Below are positions 10,396-21,276 of a DNA stretch of 64,000 nucleotides, piece after piece (positions within the stretch are counted from its first letter, which is position 1; each line of letters starts with the position of its first letter). The DNA lies in assembly GCA_965226055.1 (NCBI GenBank), contig CBDDCA010000006.1, positions 1 to 64,000 of the forward strand. The letters are read 5' to 3'. The DNA comes from Spirochaetia bacterium. Lineage in GTDB: Bacteria; Spirochaetota; Spirochaetia; WTKD01; G963693115. The notes below the pieces were generated by a model, which saw only the letters and a program-made list of their open reading frames with translations, was not told the DNA's origin and made no database searches. The position numbers and the translations under genes were made by a program.

Positions 10396-12108
10396 TTACT
10401 TCTTCGTTGCAACATAAATGCCATTCCACGATGGAGGGGGTGGGGTACTTATATACATATTACATCTATCAATGAAAATAGTAGAAAGTGTATCGGTAGC
10501 ATCCATTGTTTGCACCTGCCTAAAATACTCTACCGCTCTTTGAAATTGTTTATTACAATATGCTTCAAACCCTTTATTATGAATAGTAAATAATGCTTCC
10601 TTTTCGGGAGTCATATGTATATCAGTGGTATAAATTAGCTCTCCGCGGGTTTTTCCTTTTACTTGCACTAAATCTACAAAGCGAGATACCATAGTATCGG
10701 GTAGCTGTTGTTGTACAGAATGGGAAAAAATAAAATCAACTCCGTACTGTTTTGTAAGCCCCTCTAAACGTGATCCTAAATTCACTTCATCACCAATAAT
10801 AGTATAATCCATCTTCTTTTCTGAACCAATATTTCCCACTGTAGTAAGTCCATAATTCAATCCTATCCCTGTCCTAAACAGAGGTAGTCCTTGCTCTTCT
10901 AAGGCTTGATTAAAATTGTCAATAGCAATTCTCATTTCATTACACGCTTGCAATGCAACATAAGAAGGATTTTCAAGTTCCATTGGCGCTCCAAAAAACG
11001 CCATAACAGCATCCCCTATATATTTATCAATAATTCCTCCATGATTAGTAATAATTTCCACTATAGTTTCAAAATATGTATTCAATACCTTTACAAGCTC
11101 ATCAGGAGTAAATTTTTCCGAAATAGTAGTAAACCCACGTATATCGGTAAATATAATAGCTATCTTACGACTCTGTCCTTCAAGCATTTTTGTAGGGTCC
11201 TTAAAAAGATCATTGATAACTGAGTTAGGAACATATTTTTGAAAAATATTTCTAATCTTATTTTCATTTCTCTTAGCAAGAATAGAAGAGAAAGCAAATT
11301 GCTTTATACTCTCTGATGCTTTTTCAAGCTCCTCAATCATGATATTAAATGTTTTACTTACCTGCCCAACTTCATCCTTATATTCTACTTTTACACGTTC
11401 TGTAAGATTATTCGTTTTAATGATATTTTTCATAGAATTGAGCATTTGTTTTAGCGGAGCTACTAATGTATTGGTAAACATCAGTATAACAATAATACCA
11501 GCAATAATAGCTATTATAGTAATAATAATGGTAGTAGTCGTTATATCATATACTGGTTTGTAAAAAGTACTCACTTTATTAGAAAGAACAAAAGTCCATC
11601 CTCTATCATCAAAATCAAAATAATACCCAATTCTATTTGTATTATCTATTACAAAATTTTTCTGCAAAAAATTTCCTAAATGCACATTTTGTTTTTGCTC
11701 AGCTATTATCTCATTCAACAATCGTATATCCTCTTGCTTTATATCAATACTATCCGAAGCAAATACTATTTCATATACTTTCTCCCCTTCGCTATTAGTT
11801 ATGGGGTTGCTATTATATACAAATATCAATTCACTTTCTTCTTCAATAAGAGTACGAATAGCATATTCTCGCACAGTGCCAATAAAAGCATCCAAATATT
11901 CAACTTGAGTGCTTAAGTCATCATCTACTAGTAATGCCCATTGCTCATTCGTATAATTTTCAAGCTGTATAGACTTAAAGGAGAGAGAACGAGATGCTAA
12001 TCGAGTAATACCAATTCTTGTAAAAAAAATTGAAATGATACCAACAAGAGCAACTATTGCTATAATAAGAGGGATTAAGACTAAAATAATTTTTGTTCGA
12101 ATACTCAT
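10396..12108 (-). CDS. Membrane class III adenylate cyclase (periplasmic sensor, HAMP, cyclase, TPR-like tail)
   Basis: Two TM helices, HAMP (DEVGQVSKTFN), FTDIRGFT, DKYIGDAVM, DYTIIGDEVNLGSRLE. Confidence 0.92.
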   Translation of the reverse strand: MSIRTKIILVLIPLIIAIVALVGIISIFFTRIGITRLASRSLSFKSIQLENYTNEQWALLVDDDLSTQVEYLDAFIGTVREYAIRTLIEEESELIFVYNSNPITNSEGEKVYEIVFASDSIDIKQEDIRLLNEIIAEQKQNVHLGNFLQKNFVIDNTNRIGYYFDFDDRGWTFVLSNKVSTFYKPVYDITTTTIIITIIAIIAGIIVILMFTNTLVAPLKQMLNSMKNIIKTNNLTERVKVEYKDEVGQVSKTFNIMIEELEKASESIKQFAFSSILAKRNENKIRNIFQKYVPNSVINDLFKDPTKMLEGQSRKIAIIFTDIRGFTTISEKFTPDELVKVLNTYFETIVEIITNHGGIIDKYIGDAVMAFFGAPMELENPSYVALQACNEMRIAIDNFNQALEEQGLPLFRTGIGLNYGLTTVGNIGSEKKMDYTIIGDEVNLGSRLEGLTKQYGVDFIFSHSVQQQLPDTMVSRFVDLVQVKGKTRGELIYTTDIHMTPEKEALFTIHNKGFEAYCNKQFQRAVEYFRQVQTMDATDTLSTIFIDRCNMYISTPPPPSWNGIYVATKK

Positions 12109-12409
12109 ATATACTACTTTTTAAGTGTAAAAAAACAGCCTTACTGCAGTACCAATTTTATTACTATTTGTACTGCTTTATAAAGATGCAGCTGATTAAT
12201 ACACAATGTTTTACTTTTATTACTATAATTATAGTATATGCGTACATTTTTTTCTTATTGTTTACTAAGAATTAATTTAAAATAGTACTCAATACTTATA
12301 AAATAAAACCTGATACTTATTATAGTAAGTATAGTATGTATTACTATTATAAATATAAGAAAAATTGTTTAGTATAACAAGTGCTATATTTTTTCTGGTA
12401 TAAAAAATC

Positions 12410-13882
12410 ATGGATGTAGAAAAAACATTATTAGAACATAGCGAAAGTCTCTCATCAGAAGAAAGGGAAAGAATATACGAAGAGATAGACGAGATGGTGA
12501 TGAAAACAAAAGCAGGAGTTGATAATTTTGATTTCAGCACAAAAGAAGCAAAAGTTGGATTACAGTTTCCTCTTACTATCATCATATCTCTTGTATTGCT
12601 TCTCAGTGGTTCTATTTTTGGAGTATGGCTCTATTCAATGAGAGCAGAACAATCTGTTCTCACTCTTAATGCCAACAAAATTAACTCTGAAGCCTTGCTT
12701 GCTAAAATACTTATTGAGGAAAACAAAAAAAAGGCAGCAGAAGCAGAGAGTAAAATTAAAAATATAGAAAGTGATCTACAAACAGCACTTGACGAACGTA
12801 AAAAACTTGAAGAAAACTTTGAAAGCAGAGTAGCAGAAAGAAAAAGAGAGCTGGAACAAAAAGTAGATGCAGAACTAAGTGCTTTAAGAGAGAAGTTAGC
12901 ACAAGAAGGCACAAATCAACAAGAAATAGATAAGCTCCTTGAAGAAGAGCGAAAAAAGATAGAAAATGAGAATAATCAGCAAATCAATGCATTTCGTTCT
13001 CAACTTGACGAAGAAAAAGCTGCTCTTACTTCAGAATATGAAAAACAAGTAGAAAATCTACGATCACAGCAGCTGCAACAAGAATCAGCACTTATCAATC
13101 TACAATCAGAAATTGAACAGCGTGAAACAGCACTAGAAGAACAAGCACAACAGACAAGCATAGAGCTTGCTGCTGCACAAGAAAATCTTAATCAATTAAG
13201 AAGTAACAAAGAAGCAAGAGACAAAGCTATACGCACCTTTGATATATATTTTAGAAATATTAAACAGAACATCACAGCAGGAGATTATAACAAGGCAATT
13301 GGAAGCATTCAACAAGGAAGATCAGAGATAAATAAAAGTGCGTTTTCCACAGATCAAATAGCTTCAATTTATTTATCTGCATTTGATATACAAGAGAATA
13401 TTATAAAAAACTTAATTGCATTCCAAGATGAAGCAAGCAATGATATTGCAGGACAAGCTGCATTACTTACCAATAATATTACTACCATTACAAGACAACT
13501 AGAACAAGCACAGGAGGATTTACAACGGACACAAAATTTACTTACACAAGAACAAAACGAGAAACAACAAGACAGAAACACAATTCAATCGTTACAAAAT
13601 GACATACAAAAAACCGAACAACAGCTAAACAATACATTGACACGTCTTGAAAATGCAAGCAATACCTATTCTACTGTTGAAGCAAATCTCCGTTATTCAC
13701 AAGAAAGCACTTTATCAAATATAGAAAATATTATAACATATATCAACGACAAAGAATCTGGTACTGCCAATGAAGCACAGAAACAAGAAATTACTGATTT
13801 ATTACAACGTCTTCCTATTTATTATCAAATTGGAACAATTCTTACTCAACAAATTACTAAGAGCGATACTGCTTTTCCGTAG
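12410..13882 (+). CDS. Membrane-anchored long coiled-coil hypothetical protein
   Basis: One TM helix followed by E/Q/K-rich heptads. Confidence 0.75.
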   Translation: MDVEKTLLEHSESLSSEERERIYEEIDEMVMKTKAGVDNFDFSTKEAKVGLQFPLTIIISLVLLLSGSIFGVWLYSMRAEQSVLTLNANKINSEALLAKILIEENKKKAAEAESKIKNIESDLQTALDERKKLEENFESRVAERKRELEQKVDAELSALREKLAQEGTNQQEIDKLLEEERKKIENENNQQINAFRSQLDEEKAALTSEYEKQVENLRSQQLQQESALINLQSEIEQRETALEEQAQQTSIELAAAQENLNQLRSNKEARDKAIRTFDIYFRNIKQNITAGDYNKAIGSIQQGRSEINKSAFSTDQIASIYLSAFDIQENIIKNLIAFQDEASNDIAGQAALLTNNITTITRQLEQAQEDLQRTQNLLTQEQNEKQQDRNTIQSLQNDIQKTEQQLNNTLTRLENASNTYSTVEANLRYSQESTLSNIENIITYINDKESGTANEAQKQEITDLLQRLPIYYQIGTILTQQITKSDTAFP

Positions 13883-13997
13883 GGGTATATTGCTGTTATA
13901 AAAACTGTTATACAATATAGGCAAACAGTTACATAAAAAACTAAAAAGATAGCATATGTACGAATACCTACAATATGCTACAGTGTAAATAAGCAAA

Positions 13998-14612
13998 ATG
14001 CGTAGTACCTTAAATATAGCTATTCCTAAAGGGAGACTTACAAAAAATATATTTTCTCACTTTCAGCAATGTGGTATAGAGGTCCCAGAACATAACCGAC
14101 AGCTTATTATCTCTGTTCCATCAGCTCGTATAAATATACTATTAGTAAAAAATACCGATTTAAGTGCATATGTTGCTAATGGTATCGCATGTATGGGAAT
14201 TGTAGGATCTGATATTTTAGAAGAATCAAAGATTTTTTTCTATTCACTAGGAACCTTTCATTTTGGAAAAACCAATATGTGTCTTATTAGTAAAAAAAAT
14301 ACCCCTCACATAGAAGAGAGTACACAGGCAACTATAGCAACAAAGTATATTCATTTTACAGAGAATTTTTTATCAAAAAGAGGCATAAACGCTCACATTA
14401 TTCCTTTACATGGTTCTGTAGAATTGGCTCCTTTGCTTGGGCTTTCACAGTATATAGTCGATATAGTAGAAACAGGACAAACAATAAAAGAAAACGGATT
14501 GGTCATCCAAGAAGAATTAGAAAGAATATCTGTACAGCTTATAGCAAATCCTGCTCAATATAAATATTTTAATAAAGATATAGATGCTTTTATGCGAACA
14601 TTAAAGCTATGA
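13998..14612 (+). CDS. hisG: ATP phosphoribosyltransferase, short form
   Basis: IAIPKGRL, GIVGSDILEE, IATKY, GSVELAP, IVDIVETG. Confidence 0.95.
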   Translation: MRSTLNIAIPKGRLTKNIFSHFQQCGIEVPEHNRQLIISVPSARINILLVKNTDLSAYVANGIACMGIVGSDILEESKIFFYSLGTFHFGKTNMCLISKKNTPHIEESTQATIATKYIHFTENFLSKRGINAHIIPLHGSVELAPLLGLSQYIVDIVETGQTIKENGLVIQEELERISVQLIANPAQYKYFNKDIDAFMRTLKL

Positions 14613-15205
14613 ATCAACCAATACAAAAAGAACGAAAAACAAAAGAAACTCACATTAATGTTTCTCTTACTTTTAATACTCCTACTTCTCCTGATTCGCT
14701 TACCCTTGATACTCCTCTTCCTTTTCTTAATCATATGCTCCATGCAATGCTCTTTCATGGTGCTTGGTCGGGAACTATCACGGCTAGAGGCGATGTAGAC
14801 ATTGATTATCACCACTTAGTTGAAGATATGGGCATAGTATTAGGAAGTGTGTTTGCACAACAAGCATTTAATAGTCAACCAATACAACGTTTTGGTCATG
14901 CCGTAATCCCTATGGATGATGCACTTGGAGAAAGCACTGTTGATTTTTGTAATCGTGCTTATATGTGTTTTAATGTTCATTTTCCACAACAGTACATTCT
15001 TCTGTTTGACACAGATTTATGCAGAGAATTTTTTACTGCATTTGCACATAATGCTCATTGTAATCTACATATCAGATCGCATTACGGCTTAAATAGCCAC
15101 CACATTGCAGAATCAATCTTTAAGGCAAGTGGAAAAGCAATATACAATGCATTACTTCCTAACACTGTGCACCATAGCACCCCATCTACAAAAGGAAGCA
15201 TATGA
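14609..15205 (+). CDS. hisB: Imidazoleglycerol-phosphate dehydratase
   Basis: RKTKET, FLNHML, DYHHLVED, PMDDAL, NSHHIAE, PSTKG. Confidence 0.96.
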   Translation: MNQPIQKERKTKETHINVSLTFNTPTSPDSLTLDTPLPFLNHMLHAMLFHGAWSGTITARGDVDIDYHHLVEDMGIVLGSVFAQQAFNSQPIQRFGHAVIPMDDALGESTVDFCNRAYMCFNVHFPQQYILLFDTDLCREFFTAFAHNAHCNLHIRSHYGLNSHHIAESIFKASGKAIYNALLPNTVHHSTPSTKGSI

Positions 15206-15603
15206 TATACGATACAGAACAACAAGTATCAAAAGAAGCTCTTATTACAAAAGCAAAAAACCTTATTGCACATCATAACACACAACAGACAAACAGTAAC
15301 AATACTGCAGATACTTTCTATCAAAGAATTACAAAAAAACCACATGCTCTCAATATATCAGCTCCAGAAAGAGTCAAACTTATTCAGTATGGCAATAAAT
15401 GTTTGAATGAGAAAAATATAGAACATGCGAAACAAATATTTACTGCTATTGAATACAACGAAGGATTAGAACGTATAGCACGATACTATGCAGAGAACGG
15501 CAATATGATTGAAGCGTATCTCTTGTTTAAGCAATCAGGAGCAAAAGAGAAAGAAGTGCTTGAACAACGCATTGTACATACTATCAAAGCATTCCTTTCA
15601 TAA
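15202..15603 (+). CDS. Hypothetical helical (TPR-like) protein
   Basis: ATGA overlap with hisB; 133 aa. Confidence 0.7.
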   Translation: MIYDTEQQVSKEALITKAKNLIAHHNTQQTNSNNTADTFYQRITKKPHALNISAPERVKLIQYGNKCLNEKNIEHAKQIFTAIEYNEGLERIARYYAENGNMIEAYLLFKQSGAKEKEVLEQRIVHTIKAFLS

Positions 15604-15667
15604 ACCGTCATACACAATATGTATTATTTTTCTCATTATTTGATATAATCATAGAAAGCAATCTTTT

Positions 15668-16702
15668 ATGAGTAATTTAGATTATTTTAGCAAAATATAT
15701 CATTATGCCTCCAATGTACATACTATCAATACCATATTTCAAAAATGGGGATATAAAGCTGTCCTCATTCCTCTCATTGATACTGCAAGTTCCTATGCCC
15801 ATACTTCTCTACTAGAAGAAGAGGTGTTCAAAACACTTAACAAAAACAACGAGATCATGCTTCTCCGTTCAGATAGCACTCCTTTTCTTTCTAAAATACT
15901 TGGTTCACATATTCAAAAAAAACTTCTTCCGTTGCGTCTGTATTATTCAAATAGTATATTTCAAACAAACATACAATACGATGTAAAACAGTGGCAAAGT
16001 GGGGTAGAGCTTATTGGGGTTTCCTCCCCTACTGCTGAGTTTGAAGTCATTTCCTTACTGTATGCTCTGACATATTCCCTGATTGATAACTTTCGTATTC
16101 ATATTAGTTCTCGTAAGCTGTTAATAGAATTGCTAAAACAAAATAGCACTCCTATTGATGAACAAGAGTATACTGATATATTTTCTCTTATTATCTTGCG
16201 CAACATACAGGAGTTACAGAAGCGACTTGACAAACATATCATGGAAAGTATCTTTTATATTGCTGATAACAAAGAATATGCAAAATGGAAAAAGCACATA
16301 GTATCTATTATTGATAAAGGGATGCATAATACTGCATTTCTCTTTTTTACTACTTTCTTTGAAGCATTACTTGCTATAGATACAAAACATAGAATGTGCT
16401 GCGATTTGTCTGAGTTAGGCAATCATCATTACTATACTGATACGGTATACACAGTGTTCTCCCCTACGCTTGCTACTCCGCTGGCAAAAGGAGGGAGATA
16501 CGACTCTTTGCTTAAAAAATACGGCTATGATACTCCTGCTATAGGGTTTTCTCTCTATCCACATCTTATCGCTCACGATCTTATTCATAAGAACAAAAAC
16601 CCAACAAAAGAAAAAGATAACCCCTTTCATTCACTTTACAAAGAAAAAACACCGAGCATAGAAACATTAACATCTCGCTTTTATCAGATCAATTCAGAAT
16701 AA
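15668..16702 (+). CDS. hisZ: ATP phosphoribosyltransferase regulatory subunit
   Basis: LRSDST, PLRLYY, QSGVELIG, YYT, GGRYDSLL, AIGFS; near short hisG. Confidence 0.88.
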   Translation: MSNLDYFSKIYHYASNVHTINTIFQKWGYKAVLIPLIDTASSYAHTSLLEEEVFKTLNKNNEIMLLRSDSTPFLSKILGSHIQKKLLPLRLYYSNSIFQTNIQYDVKQWQSGVELIGVSSPTAEFEVISLLYALTYSLIDNFRIHISSRKLLIELLKQNSTPIDEQEYTDIFSLIILRNIQELQKRLDKHIMESIFYIADNKEYAKWKKHIVSIIDKGMHNTAFLFFTTFFEALLAIDTKHRMCCDLSELGNHHYYTDTVYTVFSPTLATPLAKGGRYDSLLKKYGYDTPAIGFSLYPHLIAHDLIHKNKNPTKEKDNPFHSLYKEKTPSIETLTSRFYQINSE

Positions 16703-16709
16703 TAAAAAA

Positions 16710-18893
16710 TTGTATATGAAAAAAAGACGACTTATTGTCCGTATACTTATTATCATTGTTGGAGTGTTGTTTATTGCTCTGTCAACTGCGTATTTTCTCC
16801 GTAATATTATCATAGGTTCAGCATTAGAAACATATTTAAGCAAAACTTTTGAAACAGAAGTACAGCTACAAGGCTTTGATTTACAACTTTTTTCTAAAGC
16901 ACTTGATATTGATAGTGTTTCTATTCTAAAAAAAGATGACAAGAGCGTATACTTAATCAAAACAGGAAACATTGAAGTTGCTCTTGGCCCTCTTCTTCCT
17001 ATGATATTTGATAAAGACATTTCAATCTATAAGATCCATTTTAACAAAGTGCATTTTCTTGTGCCTGTAAACGGGACAAAAAGCAATAATGCTACTTCTT
17101 CTGAGCAAGATAGAGCTGATATATTTGCTTTGCTTAATTCTATTGATAGTACTGCTCTCTTAACAGAATATGCTGATACATTACAAAGCATTGATCTTGC
17201 TCATTCTCTTTTACTTGATATACAACAATACGAAACTGCTGTTACTACACAACTAAAAAAAATAGATCGCATCAGCAGCATAGCACGACAAGAAATAGAA
17301 GCAGAATCTTCTCTCTCACTAAATTCATTAGAAGCAGCAAATGCCTCATTACAACAAGCACAGAGAAGGTATGCAACAATACAAAAAGCATATGATGAAA
17401 GTAAGGAAATAAAAAATGCTGTTCTTTCATATAAAGATACTCTAAAGCACAACATTGAAGATATAGAACATAGAGTAAACAAAGATATTGCATATATTAC
17501 AGAAGACATTGCTCAGCCCAAACGACTTGCTACCAAACTGAGTATATCGTTGCTTACACAGATGCTCAATGCGCCTGTCACAAAATACCACACAATACTG
17601 AGTGCGTTGCTTGAATTTCTACAAACTATACCATCGAAAAACAATCCACATACTACAGCTACTCCTTTGTCAGTTCCAATCAAACAATTTCTTACTATGC
17701 TTACTGCATCTCTATCTCCTCGTATACCCTCATCCTCTAACACCGCATACACAGATATATCTGTACCTTCCGTTCCTTCTGTTCAGTCTATCCCTTCAGT
17801 ATCTCCCTCTACAGTAACAGTACAAAATACAGCATCGCCCATACAACAGGCACAAACAGTACCTAAAGTTCCCACAATAGATACGAGCAATACAAATACA
17901 GAGCACACAAGTTCATCCCTAACAGCACAACATAATAATGATACACAGAGAAAAGAACAACAGCAAAAGGAAACAGCAAGGAATAAAATGTCAATTACTA
18001 TACATGACTTTCTTCTCTCTGTTGGAATACAAGAACACCCACTGTTTACTTTGATTGCATCAAAAATATCTATAAGTGATACAATATACACAAGCCCAAA
18101 CCCTATACCATTTTATATTACCAATAGAGATCGTGTAGAGCTTGAAGACATTAGCATCTCTTCTGTACAAGCAGGCGAGTTTATAGGAGAAGGAGCATTG
18201 AGTCTCAACCCATCCTTGCCTATGCTTGTTGCTACTATTGCTGTGGGGGCAACTCCCATAACAATAGATACAGGACTAGAACACATACAAGTGAAAAAAC
18301 TAGAGAGTGTTCTTAGTTATCAACTTGAGCTCACTATGCATAATACAAACAACGCAAAAGCAACTTTATTGCTTGCAAACAGAAACATGCAAGCATATCC
18401 GATGACTAAATCAGATACAGGCATAGTGGCACAGACTATCAATGAAACATCAGCTCTTGATATTAAAAGCACTATTGATATAAAAGAAAGCAAAGCACCT
18501 GCGCTTACATTTAATACAGATATGCTTAGTGCAATGATGCTTCCTTTTGTTGAAAAAAATATACAAGCAGTAACAAAAGAGATACAAAATCAATTACAAG
18601 TAACATTATATACACAGATCAATAGCGACATACAAGAAGCAAATACCATACTCTCTGCTCAGATAGAAAAAGCAAACAGTAGTATACAACATAGCCAAGA
18701 GGTGCAACAGTTACAGCAAGATGTTATTACTTCTACTGAAAAAATAGTGCGAAATTACATTACACAACAAGCAAGTGAAGAAGCTGCACGCATACCACAA
18801 CAATTAGAAGAAGAGCAAAAAAAGATTCAAAAAGAACTGGAAGAAAAAACAGAAAATATTATTGAAGATTTAAGTTCCAGCTTTGGATTTTAG
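16710..18893 (+). CDS. AsmA-like membrane-anchored hypothetical protein
   Basis: N-terminal TM and beta-rich segment, coiled coils, S/P/T-rich linker; exact start uncertain. Confidence 0.55.
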   Translation: MYMKKRRLIVRILIIIVGVLFIALSTAYFLRNIIIGSALETYLSKTFETEVQLQGFDLQLFSKALDIDSVSILKKDDKSVYLIKTGNIEVALGPLLPMIFDKDISIYKIHFNKVHFLVPVNGTKSNNATSSEQDRADIFALLNSIDSTALLTEYADTLQSIDLAHSLLLDIQQYETAVTTQLKKIDRISSIARQEIEAESSLSLNSLEAANASLQQAQRRYATIQKAYDESKEIKNAVLSYKDTLKHNIEDIEHRVNKDIAYITEDIAQPKRLATKLSISLLTQMLNAPVTKYHTILSALLEFLQTIPSKNNPHTTATPLSVPIKQFLTMLTASLSPRIPSSSNTAYTDISVPSVPSVQSIPSVSPSTVTVQNTASPIQQAQTVPKVPTIDTSNTNTEHTSSSLTAQHNNDTQRKEQQQKETARNKMSITIHDFLLSVGIQEHPLFTLIASKISISDTIYTSPNPIPFYITNRDRVELEDISISSVQAGEFIGEGALSLNPSLPMLVATIAVGATPITIDTGLEHIQVKKLESVLSYQLELTMHNTNNAKATLLLANRNMQAYPMTKSDTGIVAQTINETSALDIKSTIDIKESKAPALTFNTDMLSAMMLPFVEKNIQAVTKEIQNQLQVTLYTQINSDIQEANTILSAQIEKANSSIQHSQEVQQLQQDVITSTEKIVRNYITQQASEEAARIPQQLEEEQKKIQKELEEKTENIIEDLSSSFGF

Positions 18894-20669
18894 CACAGCT
18901 TTTATTCTTCGTACTCCTCTTGATGAAGATTGTTCTTTGTCTATCTTAAATATACCAAGTTCTTTTGTATTTTTAACATGTGGTCCTCCGCATACTTCTT
19001 TTGAAAACTCTCCGATAGAGTATACTTTTACTTGCTCATCATATTTCTCTCCAAAAAAAGCAAGTGCTCCCCGCTTTTGTGCTTCTTCTAAAGACATGGT
19101 CTGCATGGTAATTGGCAAATCTGCTTGTATCTGATCGTTCACTATTTGTTCGACAGATGTTACTTGTTCTGCTGTCATTTTTTCCTCGTGAGAAAAATCA
19201 AAGCGAAGCCTCTCTTTTGTAATATTGCTTCCTTTTTGTGATACATGCGTTCCTAACACTTGTCGTAGTGCTTGATGCAATAAGTGGGTAGCGGTATGCA
19301 GTTTTGTTGTTTCCTCAGAATTATCAAGCAATCCGCCCTTAAAGGTCTGATTGGTATCTGCTTTTGATTTTTCTTGATGTTCCTTAAATGCTTTTTCAAA
19401 TCCAAAATCATCTATACTCAGCCCTTGTTCTATGGCAAGCTCTACTGTAATTTCTTTTGGAAAGCCGTATGTATCATATAAGTGAAATACATCATTGCCT
19501 GTTATGGTAGAAACATTTTTTTTGCGTAATTGTTCAACGAGCTTATAAAATTCTTTTTCCCCTTTTTTAAGGGTTTCGGAAAATTTTTTTTCTTCCATTT
19601 CTAGCTCATGGAGTATGCTAGCTTTTTGGTGTTGTAACTGGCTATACTCTACTGCATATGTTTCAATGATTACTTCGGCTATATCTTTAAGAAATAATCT
19701 ATCAATTTCAAGCTGTCGTCCATAGCGCATAGCTCTGCGAATAAGTCTGCGTAAAATATATCCTTGTCCTATGTTGGATGGATTCACTGCTCGCTCATCT
19801 CCTAAGATAAATACTGCTGCTCGTATATGGTCTGCAATAATTCGCATTGATTTATCGTGTATTGGAGATGTTTCAAAGCGATATGAACTTATAGTTTCTA
19901 AAGTATGTATAAGGGGCATAAACAATTCTGTATGATATACTGTGGGCTTGCCTTGTAAAATACTAGCGGTTCTTTCGAGTCCCATGCCTGTATCAACGCA
20001 TGTTCTCTGTAACGGTTCAAAGCTCCCCGAAGCGATTTTATTGTATTGCATGAACACATCATTCCATATCTCTAAAAATCTCCCATCATCGCTCGCAGGG
20101 TTACTGGAGGTGTCATTATTGCTATGAGTATCAATAAACATTTCGCTATCAGGACCACAGGGGCCTGTTTGCCCAGCTGGTCCCCACCAGTTGTGCTGTT
20201 TAGAGAGAAAAAATATTTTATCACGGGGAATCCCCAGCTGTTCCCACAGCTTTGCTGATTCTTCATCCGCTGACACTTGGGAGTCTCCCTCGTATACCGA
20301 TATAGCAAGATCTTCAATCTTCAAGTTAAGCCATTTCGCATCAGTAAGAAATTCAAAACTCATCTCTATGGCTTCTTCCTTAAAGTAATCACCAAGAGAC
20401 CAGTTTCCTAGCATTTCAAAAAAAGTGAGATGAGAGGTATCTCCTACCTCTTCTATATCTTTCGTTCGTATACAGCGCTGACAGTTTACCAGACGCCTTC
20501 CTTCTGGGTGTTCTTGCCCCATAATATACGGCACCAAAGGATGCATACCAGCGGTCGTAAACAATACAGTGGGATCATTCTCGGGGATAAGAGATGAGCC
20601 TCTAATTTTAGTGTGTGCCTTATGGGTGAAAAACTCATAAAATTTATTTTTTAATTCAAATGCTTTCAT
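18870..20669 (-). CDS. alaS: Alanine--tRNA ligase, short form lacking C-Ala
   Basis: LFTTAGM, TFFEMLGNWS, DTGMGLER, HTATHLL, CGGPHV. Confidence 0.97.
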   Translation of the reverse strand: MKAFELKNKFYEFFTHKAHTKIRGSSLIPENDPTVLFTTAGMHPLVPYIMGQEHPEGRRLVNCQRCIRTKDIEEVGDTSHLTFFEMLGNWSLGDYFKEEAIEMSFEFLTDAKWLNLKIEDLAISVYEGDSQVSADEESAKLWEQLGIPRDKIFFLSKQHNWWGPAGQTGPCGPDSEMFIDTHSNNDTSSNPASDDGRFLEIWNDVFMQYNKIASGSFEPLQRTCVDTGMGLERTASILQGKPTVYHTELFMPLIHTLETISSYRFETSPIHDKSMRIIADHIRAAVFILGDERAVNPSNIGQGYILRRLIRRAMRYGRQLEIDRLFLKDIAEVIIETYAVEYSQLQHQKASILHELEMEEKKFSETLKKGEKEFYKLVEQLRKKNVSTITGNDVFHLYDTYGFPKEITVELAIEQGLSIDDFGFEKAFKEHQEKSKADTNQTFKGGLLDNSEETTKLHTATHLLHQALRQVLGTHVSQKGSNITKERLRFDFSHEEKMTAEQVTSVEQIVNDQIQADLPITMQTMSLEEAQKRGALAFFGEKYDEQVKVYSIGEFSKEVCGGPHVKNTKELGIFKIDKEQSSSRGVRRIKAVLKSKAGT

Positions 20670-20709
20670 AATATAGCGTACTTACTTTAATTATACTATA
20701 TGTGTGTAC

Positions 20710-21276
20710 TTAAAAGTATGCTTGCTTAAATTGTTGGAGGGTAAGGATGTCTGGCATTTCACCTCCTTCAAGAATTATCCGATTTAAACAAGCTTTTACT
20801 ATCTCTCTTCCACGACAATAAATGAGTATTGATTTATATATTGATTTCCCTATTGGTTTCATAATATTATCTCTAGACTCTTTTAATTGATTTTTTACAT
20901 GCTCTTCATCCATAAAGTAACCATCCGTTGCCTTAAGCTTTAATTCTACTAGTAGAAATTGAGCATTATCTAAGCCTATTACCATATCCACAGATTTACA
21001 TCTATTCCCTATAATACACTCTAAATTTATTGCTTTTGCATCCTCGTTAAAACGAACTTCAGTATAATCATTACATTTACAACTACGCTCTCCTTTATAA
21101 TAAAAATGACTTTCTTCTTCCACAATAGCATTTATACAATCAATATCTTTACGCTCTTTATATTTTTTATGTTTTGCACGTTCGTTATCAATAAAATTTT
21201 TTATTTTATCAGATCCAATAATAGCATATCCTAGTTCTACAGTAGTTTTTTTACAATACTTACATGTCTCGTTCAT
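20710..21276 (-). CDS. Hypothetical protein with a PD-(D/E)xK-like motif; ATPase partner, copy B
   Basis: KSVDMV...LLVELKL; paralog of 22713-23228; start set by alignment (MNET). Confidence 0.65.
   Translation of the reverse strand: MNETCKYCKKTTVELGYAIIGSDKIKNFIDNERAKHKKYKERKDIDCINAIVEEESHFYYKGERSCKCNDYTEVRFNEDAKAINLECIIGNRCKSVDMVIGLDNAQFLLVELKLKATDGYFMDEEHVKNQLKESRDNIMKPIGKSIYKSILIYCRGREIVKACLNRIILEGGEMPDILTLQQFKQAYF

Noticed and set aside
18870-20669. AlaRS of only 599 aa as a possible truncation
   Set aside because: Catalytic and editing motifs are intact, and short AlaRS lacking C-Ala is known in spirochetes
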